DNA from: a virus
Lineage: Duplodnaviria; Caudoviricetes
Length of the DNA stretch: 64,000 nucleotides
Direction: 5' to 3' (one strand)
IMG/VR virus record: IMGVR_UViG_3300021431_004525
The notes beneath the pieces were generated by a model. That model worked only from the letters and a program-made list of their open reading frames with translations, was not told where the DNA came from and made no database searches. Of the stretch, positions 61,756-64,000 are shown one piece after another (the first letter of the stretch is position 1; each line of letters starts with the position of its first letter). Made by a program: the position numbers and the translations under genes.

Positions 61756-62142
61756 TTAAAGGTTGTATTCAGTTTGAAGATAATCAGCAAACTCATGGAT
61801 ATTAATACCGGTTTTCATCCAATTATTGTATTCATCCTTGCAACCATTATACACTTTCAAACATTCAGAAACCTTTGTATATCCAAATGTCTCCGCAAAA
61901 TCATCAATGTCGGTTGCATCTGCATAATACATTGCATCGGACAAAGAACAATACAAAGCATATACCAACCCCGTATCATCCAGAGACGTATCATTGCAAT
62001 AATAATCAAACTGAAGGTCAATACCATTCACGCATACTTTCACAATGTGATGTTGCTTAATATAATTCTCACTCCACGGGGTAGCAGTTCCGGCATACTC
62101 ACTCGATAAGGTAATCTTATTACCGTCAAAATTAATCTCCAT
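61756..62142 (-). CDS. hypothetical protein
   Basis: LYC.LSDA.....DDFA..FGY motif. Confidence 0.7.
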   Translation of the reverse strand: MEINFDGNKITLSSEYAGTATPWSENYIKQHHIVKVCVNGIDLQFDYYCNDTSLDDTGLVYALYCSLSDAMYYADATDIDDFAETFGYTKVSECLKVYNGCKDEYNNWMKTGINIHEFADYLQTEYNL

Positions 62143-62150
62143 AAACTATC

Positions 62151-62675
62151 TTATTTTATTTTTTCTTTTGCAATATCCATAATATGTGTAAGTTCACCAT
62201 TCCACAAACCCCAATCGGGATTAATATAGTAGTCAACATCAAACTTGACGTTCTTAAAGTCAAAAGCCAAAATCATTGTCTGCTCACCATCCATATCCAA
62301 AGGTATTTCAAGTAATTTGTACTTCTCGTCAAGCCAATCAAAGACTGAAGCAAACGGACTATCCGCCTTGTACATTGTGTAGCCATCATAGAGAAAATGC
62401 TCCTTCAATGCAGATAAAGCCATTTCCTTTGCTGCTGCGTCTGTTACACAACCAAAATAGTTCTCTACCCTTTTATTGTATTCACTGACGATAAGGTCTG
62501 CAATACCATCCAAACCAATTGCCACACAATGCTCGTCCAGAAAAATCTCAACATCTAATATATCGACCTCTCTGTCAGCAAGATAGCCGGAAGGCGAATC
62601 TGCCTTGATGATTTCCGTGAAAACGTTGATAACGTCCTTCTCGTTGAATTGTGCAAGATATTCTGAATTGTCCAT
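62151..62675 (-). CDS. acidic hypothetical protein
   Basis: Start placed downstream of the promoter at 62701. Confidence 0.65.
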   Translation of the reverse strand: MDNSEYLAQFNEKDVINVFTEIIKADSPSGYLADREVDILDVEIFLDEHCVAIGLDGIADLIVSEYNKRVENYFGCVTDAAAKEMALSALKEHFLYDGYTMYKADSPFASVFDWLDEKYKLLEIPLDMDGEQTMILAFDFKNVKFDVDYYINPDWGLWNGELTHIMDIAKEKIK

Positions 62676-62997
62676 ATTGTTTATTGTTTTAATTTGATAC
62701 TGCAAAGGTACAAATAATTACTAAAACTACCAAAGAAAAAGTGTTAATTCTTTGTTAATAAAACGTTAATTAATCATAATCAACATCTTTCAACTGCCAG
62801 TAAGCATCTTCGGTAGTGTCTTTCTTTATAAAATCCAGTACCGCCTTTGCATCATCGGCATTATCCACATAGCCATTAACGATAGGGTAAATGTCTGCAT
62901 AAGTTTTATTATATGACCTCATGATTATTAAAATCACCTCGTCACCAATTTCCTCTATCCGCTTCTTACTTAACATAATTAATGTGAATTAATTTTT

Positions 62998-63312
62998 CTA
63001 GTTACTATTTTTTACTAACTGATACCAATGCAGATTGGAATATGTGTTCTTTCCTATAAAATTACTCATATAGTCTCTCAATGCCTCCTCCTTAGTATAG
63101 CCATTATCCATTGAACTGATACCTCTGTTGTCATCAAATCCAGCACGGATATAATGTGCTCTGCTCTCACCATTTACAATAATATCCCAGTCACGGCCAT
63201 TCTCACTTACCTCAACTTTAAGGCCAAACAGATTATTTGCAGCCTCCTCAATGGAATTAACCGGATACGGTATACCATTATAAACAACTATGTAATTACT
63301 TGCATTATCCAT
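62998..63312 (-). CDS. hypothetical protein
   Basis: ORF track. Confidence 0.65.
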   Translation of the reverse strand: MDNASNYIVVYNGIPYPVNSIEEAANNLFGLKVEVSENGRDWDIIVNGESRAHYIRAGFDDNRGISSMDNGYTKEEALRDYMSNFIGKNTYSNLHWYQLVKNSN

Positions 63313-63318
63313 AACTAA

Positions 63319-63648
63319 CTATTTCTGAAATAACTCCTTAACATACATAATTCTCTCCGGCTGCTCACGCTCCCACATCTTAATTGTATCACCTCCAATC
63401 ATTTCATCAGCGTCATAAATGCGATAGACCTTTACACTATGTAATCGGTACTTTGAAATTGCCTTATTAGCCGCCTTTTCAGCAGATTTTAAGTTCTTAT
63501 ACACCTTCAGATGGTTGTTGTCAAAATACCAATTCATTACGTCACGACCTTGCAACATATAAGGTATGGTATAAATCCAACCCACTACGATGAACTTGTT
63601 GAAAGCAATTGTATTCATATCTTTAACACCTATAATGATTATCTTCAA
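63319..63648 (-). CDS. hypothetical protein
   Basis: ORF track. Confidence 0.6.
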   Translation of the reverse strand: MKIIIIGVKDMNTIAFNKFIVVGWIYTIPYMLQGRDVMNWYFDNNHLKVYKNLKSAEKAANKAISKYRLHSVKVYRIYDADEMIGGDTIKMWEREQPERIMYVKELFQK

Positions 63649-63889
63649 TATATCCTATTAGTTTATCGACAAATTTATCAACACTATCACATGTATTATT
63701 TGTTTCTACTCTTGTGCCAGTCCAATCCGTATGAGTGGACATATTCTGTTCACAGAACTCTTTGATAATTTCTCTATTTGTTCTAAAACTTGCCATATTC
63801 TATCTGTTTTTTAATTACGATACAAAGGTACAACATTTTTTTGAGAAAAACGAAGAAATTACATTCTTTAACACAACTTTAACTTCTGT

Positions 63890-64000
63890 TTAGGCCGCTT
63901 TTGGAAATAATTCATCCAACCAACCATTTGCCCTTGCAATTTCGTATGCACCATTACTATATTTTCCAAATTCACCTTTTGTTTTATACTTTTTTGCTTC
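63890..64000 (-). CDS. 3' end of a paralog of the 40255..41496 homing endonuclease (truncated by the window edge)
   Basis: EAKKYKTKGEFGKYSNGAYEIARANGWLDELFPKAA*. Confidence 0.8.
   Translation of the reverse strand, partial: EAKKYKTKGEFGKYSNGAYEIARANGWLDELFPKAA

Noticed and set aside
310-63765. Most plus-strand and alternative-frame ORFs in the track
   Set aside because: Shadows of real minus-strand genes with no motifs; only 13418, 15262, 22630 and 54568 were accepted on the plus strand.
1-64000. TAG-recoded (Lak-type, code 15) genome
   Set aside because: Long ORFs are intact and densely packed under the standard code, and TAG ends both DGR-target paralogs at the conserved C-terminus. Recoding elsewhere in the genome is not excluded.
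1-64000. CRISPR array
   Set aside because: No regularly spaced repeat-spacer units; the 16-bp palindromes are kilobases apart.
1-64000. DGR template repeat or reverse transcriptase in the window
   Set aside because: No third, AAC-rich copy of the VR and no RT-like ORF seen.

Overview
AT-rich, densely coding segment of a large (jumbo/mega-type) tailed phage of a Bacteroidota host, probably Prevotella/Bacteroides-like. The host call rests on about 30 minus-strand copies of the Bacteroidota primary-sigma promoter (TTTG(G)...TAnnTTTG), a Bacteroidota-type OmpA and a BspA-like repeat gene. Almost all genes are short minus-strand hypotheticals in promoter-headed cassettes, typical of an early/accessory region, and the standard genetic code fits. 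Recognisable genes: three DNA methyltransferases, a Pol-beta-type nucleotidyltransferase, radical SAM, PTH2-like, DUF262, NUDIX, ASCH, 3D-domain, stand-alone MutS-I, homing endonucleases and an intact TnpB. Main findings: (1) two paralogous genes 24 kb apart whose C-terminal lectin-like tails show a DGR variable-region pattern, with no RT or template repeat in the window and a MutS-like gene beside one of them; (2) an intact TnpB plus, 50 kb away, a derivative reduced by two microhomology deletions to upstream region + omegaRNA with a different, self-folding guide; (3) a promoter-driven ~200-nt tRNA-like RNA with a large insertion; (4) four identical 16-bp palindromes; (5) a homing endonuclease that split a NUDIX gene and supplies a recoded replacement 5' end. 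All calls were made by eye; no searches were run.
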